Of a DNA stretch of 64,000 bases, positions 51,232 through 61,374 are shown one piece after another. The DNA lies in contig DASTXC010000007.1 of assembly GCA_035765675.1 (NCBI GenBank), forward strand, positions 7,696-71,695, written 5' to 3'. The notes beneath the pieces are model-generated. The model did no database searches, was not told the origin of the DNA, and saw nothing but the letters and a program-made list of their open reading frames with translations. This DNA is from Verrucomicrobiia bacterium (GTDB taxonomy: Bacteria > Verrucomicrobiota > Verrucomicrobiia > Limisphaerales > DASXHY01). The translations under genes and the position numbers were made by a program. Each line of letters begins with the position of its first letter. The first letter of the stretch is position 1.

Positions 51232-51845
51232 TTTCGGGTGAGTGGGTGAGTCGGTGGGCCGGTGAGTGTCATGCCGGATAACTCCCTCTCTTCCTGACGA
51301 AGGAATTTTGAAATGCGAACGGAGCGCAGGTCTGTGACCTGCAGCAGCGAGATTTTGCAGGCGGGCGATCGGATCAGTGGAAGCTACGGATTTGCGAAGC
51401 CGCTGCGAGTCACAGACTCGCGCTCCGATAAAGAGAGTTCATGGGGAGGAGGATTTTTAGTTCGTCATTTAAAGCGTTTCTCGAATTCATTTCCGGAAAG
51501 CCCTCATTCCCAGCCCTTTTCCCATCGGATGGAAGAAGGTGGCCAGAGGCCGGAGGAGGGTTTCACCACCCGCTTTTCGGAAATAACTTTTGGGAATCAC
51601 TCTGGTTCAGAATCTCCTCTGGCTTGCGTTCTCCCGGAGTCGGCCACATTCGCTGCGTCACAAAATGCTTCAAGTTTTCTGCGTTTCATCCGATAGGCTG
51701 ATGTTGCGCCCCGAAACGGCGTGACGAATGGGTGTTGGTGTCCGTTTGTTTGCCGCCTGTCGCCAGGCCAGAACTTCGTTTCGCGTTCTGACCTTCCTTC
51801 TTCCGGCATTTCGCCGACCGCTCCCGATGAACTTTTAGTCTGACT

Positions 51846-53393
51846 ATGAAAAACCTGACGCTCGCCAAACGCATTGTTCTCGGCTTCGCCGCAGTCATCG
51901 TGATTGCTGCCACGCTGGGCCTCGTTGCCTATTCGCGCCTCATTGCCATTCACCATTTCTCCGACTCGATTACAAAAGAAACGTTGCCCGTTATGGCCGC
52001 GTGCGACGACATCAAGGTCAACATGGAGGCGAATCTCGCTTGCGTGTACCAGCACATCAGCACACGCGACACGAACGAAATGGCGCGTATCGAAGGCGAG
52101 ATCAAGGCGGCCAGCAAAGGCAATGCCCAATCGTTGGAAGTTCTGCGGCGTTCGGTCAAAACCGACACCGGCCGCGCTCTGCTCGCCAAACTGGAAGTGG
52201 ACCGACAGAACTACATCGACACGCGGAAAAAAGTCCTGGCGTTCAGCTCCAGCGGCGCAGTGCAAAACGAGGCTTACAAGATGGCTGTGACGCTGATGAC
52301 GCCGGCGCTTAAGCAATACGCCGCCGCGCTGACAGCTTTGAATCGAAACAACGACGAGCATTCCGAGGCGGACACGACGGGCATTCAATCCGCGGTTCGA
52401 ATTTCGGAAGTGGGAATTCTCATCGGCCTGGTTGTCGCGATCTTGGTTGCGATTGGCGTCGCGTGGTTGATCGTTCGCAGCACGCGCAAGGTTTTGATTT
52501 CGATTTCTTCCTCGCTCAATGACGGTTCCCATCAGGTGGCATCGGCCGCCGGGCAGGTTTCCATTTCCAGCCAGACGCTGGCCGAGGGCGCGAGCGAGCA
52601 GGCGGCGTCGTTGGAGGAAACGAGTTCTTCGCTCGAACAACTGGCGAGCATGACGCGGCGCAATGCTGAAAACGCCGAGCGTTCGAATCATCTCGCGCGC
52701 GAAGCCCGCAGTGCGGCAGAAAAAGGTTCGCTCGACATGCAGGCGATGTCAGAGGCAATGGGAGCCATCAAAGGTTCCAGCGATGATATTGCGAAAATCA
52801 TCAAAACGATTGATGAGATTGCATTCCAGACGAACATTCTCGCGTTGAACGCCGCGGTCGAAGCCGCGCGCGCGGGTGAAGCGGGAATGGGCTTTGCCGT
52901 GGTCGCGGATGAAGTCCGCAATCTCGCACAACGCAGCGCGCAGGCGGCGAAGGAAACTTCCGCAAAGATCGAAGGCGCAATCAATCGCACGGCGCACGGC
53001 GTGGAGATCAGCACGAAGGTGGCGGCGGCATTGAATGAGATTGTCACCAAAGCGCGGCAGGTGGATGAGTTGGTGGCGGAAGTCGCCAGCGCTTCCCGCG
53101 AGCAAACCCAGGGCATCACGCAAATCAACAGCGCGGTTGGGCAGATGGATAAAGTCACGCAGTCCAACGCCGCGAACGCGGAGGAAAGCGCGAGTGCCGC
53201 GGAGGAATTGCACGCGCAGGCGCAAACGATGAAAAGCGCGGTGACGGAATTGTTGAAGCTGGTCAGCGGAACTCACGAAACGATTGAAAACGAAACTGCG
53301 AATCCGCCTGCGAACGTTGCGAACTTCACGCGTTCGCGCGAAGGCCGGTTGACGGCTTCACGCACTGAATCGTTTACGATGTCAGCGCGCTGA
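51846..53393 (+). CDS. methyl-accepting chemotaxis protein (4HB_MCP sensor, HAMP, MA domain)
   Basis: The core is EIAFQTNILALNAAVEAARAGEAGMGFAVVADEVRNLAQRSA. Confidence 0.9.
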   Translation: MKNLTLAKRIVLGFAAVIVIAATLGLVAYSRLIAIHHFSDSITKETLPVMAACDDIKVNMEANLACVYQHISTRDTNEMARIEGEIKAASKGNAQSLEVLRRSVKTDTGRALLAKLEVDRQNYIDTRKKVLAFSSSGAVQNEAYKMAVTLMTPALKQYAAALTALNRNNDEHSEADTTGIQSAVRISEVGILIGLVVAILVAIGVAWLIVRSTRKVLISISSSLNDGSHQVASAAGQVSISSQTLAEGASEQAASLEETSSSLEQLASMTRRNAENAERSNHLAREARSAAEKGSLDMQAMSEAMGAIKGSSDDIAKIIKTIDEIAFQTNILALNAAVEAARAGEAGMGFAVVADEVRNLAQRSAQAAKETSAKIEGAINRTAHGVEISTKVAAALNEIVTKARQVDELVAEVASASREQTQGITQINSAVGQMDKVTQSNAANAEESASAAEELHAQAQTMKSAVTELLKLVSGTHETIENETANPPANVANFTRSREGRLTASRTESFTMSAR

Positions 53394-53526
53394 GATTTGC
53401 TGGCGACCGGAGAGAATTGATCGCGCTGATTGGGAAGCGCGGGGCGGCTGTGAAATATTTACGGCCGCCGACTGACAATCGGCGACACAGCAGGTTGCCA
53501 ACCTGCGCTACGGGCGGACGGCGACT

Positions 53527-53718
53527 TCACGCTAACTGTTCTTCGTCCAGGCGATTCACCAGATCTTTTTCCGCCAGCACCCAGTCTTCGAGCGTGAGCG
53601 GATGGTCCGGCAGTTTGTCGCGGAACATCGTGTAAGCGTGCTGACGAACCGCGGCTTTGCTCAGGCCGGGCGTGAACGGCTTCGGCTGTTCGATCGGTTG
53701 TTCGTTTTGTTTTTTCAT
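53527..53718 (-). CDS. DUF2934-like small protein
   Basis: MKKQNEQ..VRQHAYTMFRDKLPDHPLTLEDWVLAEKDL fits the AY..W....g...eDW..AE pattern. The internal start was chosen. Confidence 0.55.
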   Translation of the reverse strand: MKKQNEQPIEQPKPFTPGLSKAAVRQHAYTMFRDKLPDHPLTLEDWVLAEKDLVNRLDEEQLA

Positions 53719-53979
53719 GGCAACTCCTGTCATGAGAAAACATAAGCCTGCAAGACGAGTTTTCAATTGGAGGGAACATTCAAAATGAACTCCGAACAAG
53801 GAACATTGAACTTCGAACTCAGAACGCATATTCCGGGTTCGGCAGTGCTGTCGGCGCTTGAACCTTCCGGCGAAAAGCGGCGCTGAAGCGCACGCAGTCC
53901 AAACGCTTCGCGCCGTTTCGATGCGCAATGATTCGCGGAGCGTCTGGAGTGCGCGTGCTTCAGCACCGCTTTCTGAAGG

Positions 53980-54052
53980 GAACAATGAACATCGAACTTG
54001 GAACTTCCGCGCTTCGCAAAGTTCGGAGTTCAGAGTTCGATGTTCATTGTTC
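53980..54052. repeat. 18-bp perfect inverted repeat with nested hairpin
   Basis: The arms are gaacaatgaacatcgaac (53980-53997) and gttcgatgttcattgttc (54035-54052). The inner hairpin is gaactt..aagttc. Confidence 0.8.
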
Positions 54053-54075
54053 GTTGTTCGTTGTTCGTTGTTTCG

Positions 54076-56088
54076 TCAGTTCTCCCGCATCAAAGTCGCT
54101 TCGGCTTCACGCAACGCTTTCAACATTTCCGCGGCGGAAGCGTAGCGCTGCTCCACCGTCAATTGACACGCTTTCAGAATCACGCGATTGAGCGCGTTGA
54201 ATTCAATCGTCGTTTTGCTTTCAATCAAGGTGCTCGAAAGTTCCGGAAACGCGGACGCCGAATTGCCGGTGCTGAGAACATAAAGCACCATGCCCAGCGC
54301 GTAGATATCGGCCTGCGGCGTGCCCGGCGCCTCCGGCGGCGGCGGCATGTATCCCGGCGTGCCGACCAGCGTGCGCGGCTGTTCAGGGGAACGGATTTCC
54401 GCGATCAATCCCACATCCGCGAGCCGCGGTTCGCCATTCACGAAAATCACGTTCTGCGGTTTGATGTCGCGATGCGTCAGTCCGCTGCGATGCAGAAAAT
54501 CGAGCGCGTCGCACAGCTTCAATCCGATGCGAACGCATTCAATCGTCGGCAAACGATGCTTGAGCAAATCTTCGCGCACGCTGACCAGATCGCGCGGACG
54601 GTAGCTCGCGGGATTTCCGTTCCAGTCCGGATCAACCGCGTCACCGAGTTCCATGATGTAATAAAAATGGCCCGGCAGTTTTTCGCTGACGAAATGCACG
54701 CGCAACAATCCTGGGTGCTGATCGGAGAACGGCTGGTAACGGCTCACGCCATTGAACTCGCGATCATACGGGCCGACGTTCGCATCGAATCGCGCGAGAT
54801 AGACAATCTTCAACGCTTCCCAACGTCCTCCAGGCTTGCGCGCGAGCCAGACTTTTCCATAAGCGCCTTCACCGAAAGGCGTCGGCGCGAGTTCGTAACC
54901 AGGAATTTTTGGAACCGGTTCGGGCGCGGCTTTTTCCGCAACGGCCGGCGCGGTTGCGAGCGTTCGCGTCCATTCGGTGGCGGCGCGCACGCGAGTCACG
55001 AACGTCCACGCCAAAGCGCATGGCGCCTGACCACCGACGATCACCAGCCAGGGAAACCATCGATCCAGGAAATAACTTGAGCAGATCGCAGCCACCGTTC
55101 CGCCGAGCATCACGGCCACGGTAATTCCCATCGCGGGAAGCAGGTGCAACTGGCACAGCTTCCAGCCGAGAACGCCTCCGATGATTACGAGAATCAAAAA
55201 CTCCATCGCACCGGGCAACCGCTCCAGCCAATCCCCGTTCAGCAGGTTGAGCGTTGAAGTAATCAGGATGTCCACGCCGCCGATCGATTCGCCTGTCCAG
55301 CGCGTGTAAGGACTGGAAAACTCGTCCGCTTCATCGTCAGGCATGGGCGTTTTAGGATGATTTCCAATGAACACAATGGCGTCGCGGAAAAAACCTTTGG
55401 GTTGCGACAACGCAAAGCGATAGCTCAGTTCCGTCCACGCGGCGGTCTGGCCGTAATAGCGCAACCAGCGTTCGCGCGGTTCATCTTCGGTCGTTGCGCC
55501 CATGAGTTTGGCGACGGTTTCAGGCAGGCTGGGATAAAGCGCGGGCGAAGGAAACGGCCAGTGGCGGCGCACAACGGAATCCAGATCCGGCGCGACCCAC
55601 GCCACGCCCCAGTTCGTGGCCGCGTTTAGAAATAATTCGCCGGGAAGAATGGGATGCGCGCCGGTCAATGACGGATGCGTGAGCCGGCTTTGTTCCGCCA
55701 TCAGAACCACCGCGCGCTGGCGTTGGAGCGCGTCGGCCAATGCGGCGTCGGAAACGGGATCGCGTGGCGCACGAAAAAAGGAATCGAACACCGCCACCGC
55801 GCAGCCGTCGTCGGCGAGGCGATTCAGCAATTGCGCGTGCAAAGCGCGATCCCACGGCTGGCCGCGGGTTTGATGAAAGTAATCGTAGGCTTCGTTGTCC
55901 AACTGGATCAGCACGACGCGATTCGTGACCGCATGGGAGCCGAAGCGAAACAGGTAATCGTAGCTCGCGTTGGTCCAGCTTTCGCCGAGGGACATTTTCC
56001 AAAGCGCCAATCCGCAGAGCATCACCAGCAAAGCGCCCACGGCGGAATTCGCCGTTCGCTTGAGGGATTTGGATTTCGCGTTTGGCAC
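54076..56088 (-). CDS. CHASE2-domain Ser/Thr protein kinase
   Basis: The N-terminal CHASE2 region reads VVLIQLDNEAYDYF..GQPWDR. Three or four TM helices follow. The C-terminal kinase has HRDIKPQNVIF and GTPGYMPPP. Confidence 0.85.
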   Translation of the reverse strand: MPNAKSKSLKRTANSAVGALLVMLCGLALWKMSLGESWTNASYDYLFRFGSHAVTNRVVLIQLDNEAYDYFHQTRGQPWDRALHAQLLNRLADDGCAVAVFDSFFRAPRDPVSDAALADALQRQRAVVLMAEQSRLTHPSLTGAHPILPGELFLNAATNWGVAWVAPDLDSVVRRHWPFPSPALYPSLPETVAKLMGATTEDEPRERWLRYYGQTAAWTELSYRFALSQPKGFFRDAIVFIGNHPKTPMPDDEADEFSSPYTRWTGESIGGVDILITSTLNLLNGDWLERLPGAMEFLILVIIGGVLGWKLCQLHLLPAMGITVAVMLGGTVAAICSSYFLDRWFPWLVIVGGQAPCALAWTFVTRVRAATEWTRTLATAPAVAEKAAPEPVPKIPGYELAPTPFGEGAYGKVWLARKPGGRWEALKIVYLARFDANVGPYDREFNGVSRYQPFSDQHPGLLRVHFVSEKLPGHFYYIMELGDAVDPDWNGNPASYRPRDLVSVREDLLKHRLPTIECVRIGLKLCDALDFLHRSGLTHRDIKPQNVIFVNGEPRLADVGLIAEIRSPEQPRTLVGTPGYMPPPPEAPGTPQADIYALGMVLYVLSTGNSASAFPELSSTLIESKTTIEFNALNRVILKACQLTVEQRYASAAEMLKALREAEATLMREN

Positions 56089-56330
56089 GGATTCGGTGCC
56101 GGAGTTTAGAAAAGCGGACTGGCGGAGAACAGAAATTTACTTCGAGGGACAGAAGCCAGGTGAACAGAAGGAAACGAACGAAACGAAGTCGAAGAAGTTT
56201 GGGGCGAGTGAGGCCGTTCGCATTTCGGACAAGGTTCATTTCGCGGTGCAATTCGGAAGGACGAGTTATACGAGTCCCTAATCGCCGAGTTCCATTCCGC
56301 CGTAGCGCAGGTTTCGAAACCTGCTGTATC

Positions 56331-56473
56331 GCCGATTTCCAAATCGGCGGTGGGGAAATGTTTCAAGCGTTTGGAATTTTCCAGCGCCGCAGGTTTTGAA
56401 ACCTGCGATACGGCAGATTTGGAAATCTGCGCTACGACGGCTTGCTTTGTCGCGGAGCAATGCTCCGCGCTCC
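56331..56473 (+). repeat. 143-bp composite REP-like unit, copy 1
   Basis: gccgatttccaaatcggc..gcaggttttgaaacctgc..gcagatttggaaatctgc..ggagcaatgctccgcgctcc. It has about 7 mismatches to copy 2, by eye. Confidence 0.85.
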
Positions 56474-56652
56474 AGGGCGTAACTTGGCGCCCGCACCGTT
56501 TTTCAATTCCCTCGCTCCGCAGCGCGGAGAGAATTCTCCGGAACAAATCTTTTCGCACATTGAACCGGTGATCTTGGAATATGCACGGAGCGCAGGTCTG
56601 CGACCTTGCAGCAGCGAGATTTTTCGCGAAGGCGGTCGGATCAGTGGAAGCT

Positions 56653-56795
56653 GCCGATTTGCAAATCGGCGGTGGGGAAATGTTTCAAGCGTTTGGAATT
56701 TTCCAGCGCCGCAGGTTTCGAAACCTGTGATACAGCAGATTTGGAAATCTGCGCTACGCCGGTTTGCTTTCTCGCGGAGCAATGCTCCGCGCTCC
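56653..56795 (+). repeat. 143-bp composite REP-like unit, copy 2
   Basis: See copy 1. The offset is 322 bp. Confidence 0.85.
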
Positions 56796-56879
56796 GGGAG
56801 TTGTTCAAATGTCGATTGTGATGGGATTGCGCTTTCTATAATTTCCCGGTTTGAGGGAAAACATTAACAAGGTAACCAC

Positions 56880-57368
56880 ATGAAAAAATACATTGGCTGG
56901 ATGACAGGATGCACGGCGGCGGCGCTGCTCACGATGGCGGGCTGCTCCACGAATGAACACAACGGAAACATGGAAAGCACGCTGGCGGCAAAGCCGACGA
57001 TGCGCGCAGCGTTTATGCCGTCGCAAGATGCGTTTGGAGCATTCGTTTCTCAAAACGGAACGGTTTCCTGCTGCGGGTCCTACAAAGGATTCGCCTACAT
57101 CACCAACAGCATCACGGAAACCCTGTGGTTCACGCCGCCCGCGGGAACGACCAACTGCATTGCAACCGATTCTTCGGGATTTGCCAGCCCGTATGTTTCA
57201 GTGGTGAAAGCGGCACGAAGGGCCGACGGGGCCTCATGGTGCGGAACGAACGAGGTGAGCTTTGCTGCTTCCAGTTCCCAGCAATACAAATTCATGATTT
57301 ACATCAAGAACACGCCGCCGCCGCCGACCAATGGCGCGACTTTGACGCTGGATATTCAGTGGCAGTGA
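56880..57368 (+). CDS. lipoprotein, unknown function
   Basis: The lipobox is LTMAGCS. Confidence 0.65.
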   Translation: MKKYIGWMTGCTAAALLTMAGCSTNEHNGNMESTLAAKPTMRAAFMPSQDAFGAFVSQNGTVSCCGSYKGFAYITNSITETLWFTPPAGTTNCIATDSSGFASPYVSVVKAARRADGASWCGTNEVSFAASSSQQYKFMIYIKNTPPPPTNGATLTLDIQWQ

Positions 57369-57556
57369 AGCAGGGACGATTTAGTGACGATTCTGTTCGG
57401 TGCGCCTTTCGCGGAACATGGCGGCGCAAAGGAATATCAAGCGTTCGTCAGTTTAACGCGGCAGAAATCAGCCGCGAGGGCGCGGCTGATTGCGCCCGGG
57501 GCGGGCGCGCTCCCCAATTTGGGACTCGTGTAACTCGTCCTTCCGGATTTTGAGGG

Positions 57557-60500
57557 CTAGAAATTGAATTGGAGGCGCGTGACGAAGGTGCGTTCGCGGG
57601 GCGGTTCATCGTGCCAGACGAGCGGGTTGAGCCGGTAATCCTGGTCGCTCAAGTTCAGGATGCCGGCTTCGATCATGGCACGGCGATGGAAGAAGCGATA
57701 ACCGCCCAGCAGATTGAAATGCCAGAATTCGTCGCCGGGCTGGGGCGAGCCAAAACCGGTGTTGTCCTGCAAATACCAGACGGCTTCGAAACTGGCGAAG
57801 AATCCGGACGCATGATTGAAGTTCGCGTGCAGATTGACCTGGTGCAACAGGCTTTCCAAATGTTGATGAAGGTCGATTGCAATCGACTCCGGCCCGAGTG
57901 GGCTAAATGAATCCGTAAAGTCTTGATTTAACTCTGCCTGGGTCAGGCGATAGCGCAGGCCAACCGTCCATTCGCGATCAATCAATTGATCCAGAGTAAA
58001 AACTATCGAACGTTCCCGCGAATGAAGCTGTTGGTGAAGTGTGAAATCAGTCACCACGCCCTGCCAAATATCCTCGGCAGTGTCCAAGAAATACGTGCCA
58101 CGGTCACGGCTCACATCCGAATAGAGCAACTCACCGCGCAACCCGATGTAAGTTCCGGTCGGGAATTTTTGTTCGAGAGAAAGTCCGAACGTTTCAAGGC
58201 GCGCCCCTGAAGTGGCGCCCACCAGTGATTCAGACATCAGACTGCGAAACGATTGATTCAGACCCGCCACCTGGCTGGGTTCGATGCGAAAACTCTGATC
58301 GAGGCTGGCTCCGGAAAGCGACCGCGTGTAGGCGGCGCGAATCGTTGTGTCTTTCCCCGGAGTCCACACCAGCCCTGCTTTAGGCGAAACCTGATCCTTC
58401 GTGGTTTGCCGGTCCGAAACCGGCGGGGCATTCCAATTCCGCGGAAGCTCAATCCGGTCATAGCTCAGGCCGCCAACGAGCAGCAGCGGATCCAGGATTT
58501 GCCAGGAATGATAACCATAGACGCTCGTTCGTTGAAAATCTGGTTCAAGGTTGAGCGAGGCGATCGTTAAAGGTCCTTCGCCATCTACCACCGGGAAAAA
58601 AGTGGGATCCAAAGTTGTTTCATAATCTCGGATATTGAAATCCGTATGCTGGTATGACGCGCCCAGAATCGTGCTGTGATTCGCTTGTTGAAAGATTTGC
58701 TGCAACTCGGCGGAATAGAGTTCCTGCCGCCCTCGGAGGTGGAGTGTCTCGGGAAAGAGTTGCAGGCCCATAGCTTTCCCGTCCGTCACAAGTGTCACTA
58801 GTCCTGCAATGTTCGCCTCGGAATCCGCCTCAGCCTGCTGGCGCCCCAACAGCAGCAGCGTGTGAACGCCGGGACTCCATTCGTGATGATAACCCAGCGT
58901 CAGATTCGGAATCTGTTCTTCCTTGGTGCGAAGAGCCGGTGAAACGTCGGCAGGGCTGTAATGCTGGCTCAGGTCGCCGCCTTCCAGTTTGGCTCCATCC
59001 ACGCGGAAATAAATGCTGTCCTGCGCGGTGATCTGTTGTTTGAGCGAAAGCGAGAGCTGTTTGTTCTCCAGGTCGTTGTTGCGATACTGGCCGGGATCGC
59101 TGAGGTAAGCGGCTTCGAGCGTGTAGTTGAACGTGTCGAACGTGCCGTATTGCGCGAAGCTCTGCGACCACGCGCCGCGGCTCAGATATTGCGTGTCAGA
59201 ATAAACGCCGAAACCATTCTGGTTGAACAGCCGCGTGTATTCGCTTTGGGAAATCGCGGGCGAAAGCGGCCCGGCATCGACCGGCGCGAGCAGATTCGCC
59301 ACGAGATATTCGGTGAAGGTCGGTGTTGCATAGCGAAGGTTCACGAAATTGCCGCGCATTTCCTCGTAACTGTTGACCAGGAACCAGTGCGCGGAATAAT
59401 TCGCGTAATCATAACTCACCGCGCGCGACGCTTCGCGCATTCCCAGATCGGTAAATCCGGCATCGGAATAAATCTGCGCCAGATTCGCGCTGCGCATGGC
59501 GTGATCCTGCTCGATCAACAACTGCGAGCGATACACGCTGCGGTTGTCGTTCAGTTCCAGGGATTTTTCCAGATCGCGAATCGCGTCGTTCACGTGGTTG
59601 TTCTGTTGATTGACGACGGCGGAATAGAGCCACGGCGTCGGATCGCCAGGATCGAGTTGCTTGGCGAGATCCAGTTCGCGATCCGCGTGGACGAAATCGC
59701 CGCTGTCACCAAACGATTTGCCGAGATAACTGCGCAGCGCGGCGCGTTGCGGTTCCAGCGCGGCAGCGATCAACAAATCCTCGCGGCCGGTCGCGATGTC
59801 ACCCTGCCGAATGCGGCACAATCCGCGGCCAAGCCAGGCGTTGCCGAGCGCGGCATCGACTTCCAAAGCGCGATTGAAAGAAGCGATGGCTTCGGTGGTC
59901 TGGCCTTTGGCGCTGCGCAGAAAGCCTTGAAGCGCGAGCGATTGGGCGTTGCGCGGCGCGAGTGCGAGACTTTTTTCCAAAGCATCCAAAGCCGGGCCGG
60001 TGTTGCCGAAGCTGAATTCCAGTTCAGCAACATGCGCCCAGCCGAACGCGAAATCCGGCGATTGCGCCACCGCCTGGCGCGCGAGTTTCAAGGCGTTTTC
60101 CAGCGAGCGCTGACGGACGTTGCGGGATTGTTCGAAATAACTGGCGGCGAGCAGTTCGCTGGCGAGCGGCGCGTTGCTGACGGAAAGCGTGGTGGAAAAC
60201 GAATCGTGTTTGACGGCGGCGACCAATTCGCGAAGTGCGTTGGCGAGCGCTTGCGCGTGAGTATCGTCGGACGGCAAATCGGCCAAGGCGGATTCGGTTT
60301 GATTCACCTGACCGACCGCGAGCAGCAGCGCGGCGTGATAAATCTGTTCGTCAGTGGAAGCGGGTTGGCGGTCAGCAGGATATTTCGCCAGCGCCTGAAG
60401 CAGATCGCCGGAACGGTACGCGGCGAGGGAATCGGCGAGCGCGGATTGCGTTTCGAAATTGAGGTTCAGTTCGGAAAGATCAATGACGGCGGGATAATAG

Positions 60501-61210
60501 AAGCACCATTGAAGAACGTTATTCGCGCGAAACCCAGCGGTTTGAACCGGCTGCTGGTTTAGATCGGCGATGGCTTGCTGGCCATTGGTCAGGAGGAGCG
60601 AAGTTTGTGCGCTGGCGAAACGCACTTTGCCATCGATCACCGACATCGTGGTTTGGCCGGCGTCGTTCGCGGCCAGGACGAATTCCGTGCCTTCAATTCC
60701 TGCCGTGGCGCCGCGCGTGATGATTTGAATGCGCCCGGGTTTATCGCGGTGAAAAAACGAAAGCACACCGCGAACGAGATGCAGTCCGGCCTGGGAATCG
60801 GCGTTTTGCGGCGGCAGAATTTCCAGTTCCGTGGACGCGCCAAATGGCACGACACTTTGATCCGACCAGCGCAAAGCGACGCGGCTGTTGGCGGCGGTGC
60901 GGAGGCGGTCGAAGGGTTGGAGAGCCTGGTTGGTTTGAGCGGGCGTCCAGCTTTTGGCAGGAGGCCGGAAGATTTCGACTTTGCCCTGGAGTTCCACGAT
61001 GCGAATGGAGTTGGGCGGGTAATTCGAAAAGGTTTGAGCGTGGGCGGACGGAGCCGCTGCGGCCAGGTGGAAAAACAAACCGAGCAAAATGCCAGGGCAG
61101 GCGCGTTGAAAAACTTTCACTGTTCCTTCTGATGAGTGGTTCAGCTCTGAGCCAGTAACTGCGACCGGAAATCCCGAACAACACCGGCCAAAGTGAGCAC
61201 AAGAGAGCAA
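57557..61210 (-). CDS. giant secreted FecR-domain / TPR / C-terminal beta-barrel-like protein
   Basis: It has a signal-like segment (GILLGLFFHLAAAAPSAHA). The FecR-type segment reads RTAANSRVALRWSDQSVV..GVLSFFHRD..GIEGTEFVL. Multiple TPRs follow. The C-terminal ~550 aa has alternating beta pattern and ends ..TRLQFNF. The true start may be internal. Confidence 0.75.
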   Translation of the reverse strand: MLSCAHFGRCCSGFPVAVTGSELNHSSEGTVKVFQRACPGILLGLFFHLAAAAPSAHAQTFSNYPPNSIRIVELQGKVEIFRPPAKSWTPAQTNQALQPFDRLRTAANSRVALRWSDQSVVPFGASTELEILPPQNADSQAGLHLVRGVLSFFHRDKPGRIQIITRGATAGIEGTEFVLAANDAGQTTMSVIDGKVRFASAQTSLLLTNGQQAIADLNQQPVQTAGFRANNVLQWCFYYPAVIDLSELNLNFETQSALADSLAAYRSGDLLQALAKYPADRQPASTDEQIYHAALLLAVGQVNQTESALADLPSDDTHAQALANALRELVAAVKHDSFSTTLSVSNAPLASELLAASYFEQSRNVRQRSLENALKLARQAVAQSPDFAFGWAHVAELEFSFGNTGPALDALEKSLALAPRNAQSLALQGFLRSAKGQTTEAIASFNRALEVDAALGNAWLGRGLCRIRQGDIATGREDLLIAAALEPQRAALRSYLGKSFGDSGDFVHADRELDLAKQLDPGDPTPWLYSAVVNQQNNHVNDAIRDLEKSLELNDNRSVYRSQLLIEQDHAMRSANLAQIYSDAGFTDLGMREASRAVSYDYANYSAHWFLVNSYEEMRGNFVNLRYATPTFTEYLVANLLAPVDAGPLSPAISQSEYTRLFNQNGFGVYSDTQYLSRGAWSQSFAQYGTFDTFNYTLEAAYLSDPGQYRNNDLENKQLSLSLKQQITAQDSIYFRVDGAKLEGGDLSQHYSPADVSPALRTKEEQIPNLTLGYHHEWSPGVHTLLLLGRQQAEADSEANIAGLVTLVTDGKAMGLQLFPETLHLRGRQELYSAELQQIFQQANHSTILGASYQHTDFNIRDYETTLDPTFFPVVDGEGPLTIASLNLEPDFQRTSVYGYHSWQILDPLLLVGGLSYDRIELPRNWNAPPVSDRQTTKDQVSPKAGLVWTPGKDTTIRAAYTRSLSGASLDQSFRIEPSQVAGLNQSFRSLMSESLVGATSGARLETFGLSLEQKFPTGTYIGLRGELLYSDVSRDRGTYFLDTAEDIWQGVVTDFTLHQQLHSRERSIVFTLDQLIDREWTVGLRYRLTQAELNQDFTDSFSPLGPESIAIDLHQHLESLLHQVNLHANFNHASGFFASFEAVWYLQDNTGFGSPQPGDEFWHFNLLGGYRFFHRRAMIEAGILNLSDQDYRLNPLVWHDEPPRERTFVTRLQFNF

Positions 61211-61374
61211 AATACCGGACGCGGTTCAAACCAATTCAGCAGGGAATCCGGGACAAATTGAATGGATGACCATGGGTTGCTGTGTGGATGCCAATTCAGG
61301 ATGGCGATTGAAACCTGCGCTTCGGCTCAATTTGATTGCCAATCGCCGGCGCAAATGACTTTAATGTGCGGGTC

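Noticed and set aside
56280-56800. Possible CRISPR array.
   Set aside because: There are only two long (143-bp) units plus other REP types, no short regular repeat-spacer periodicity, and no cas genes in the window.
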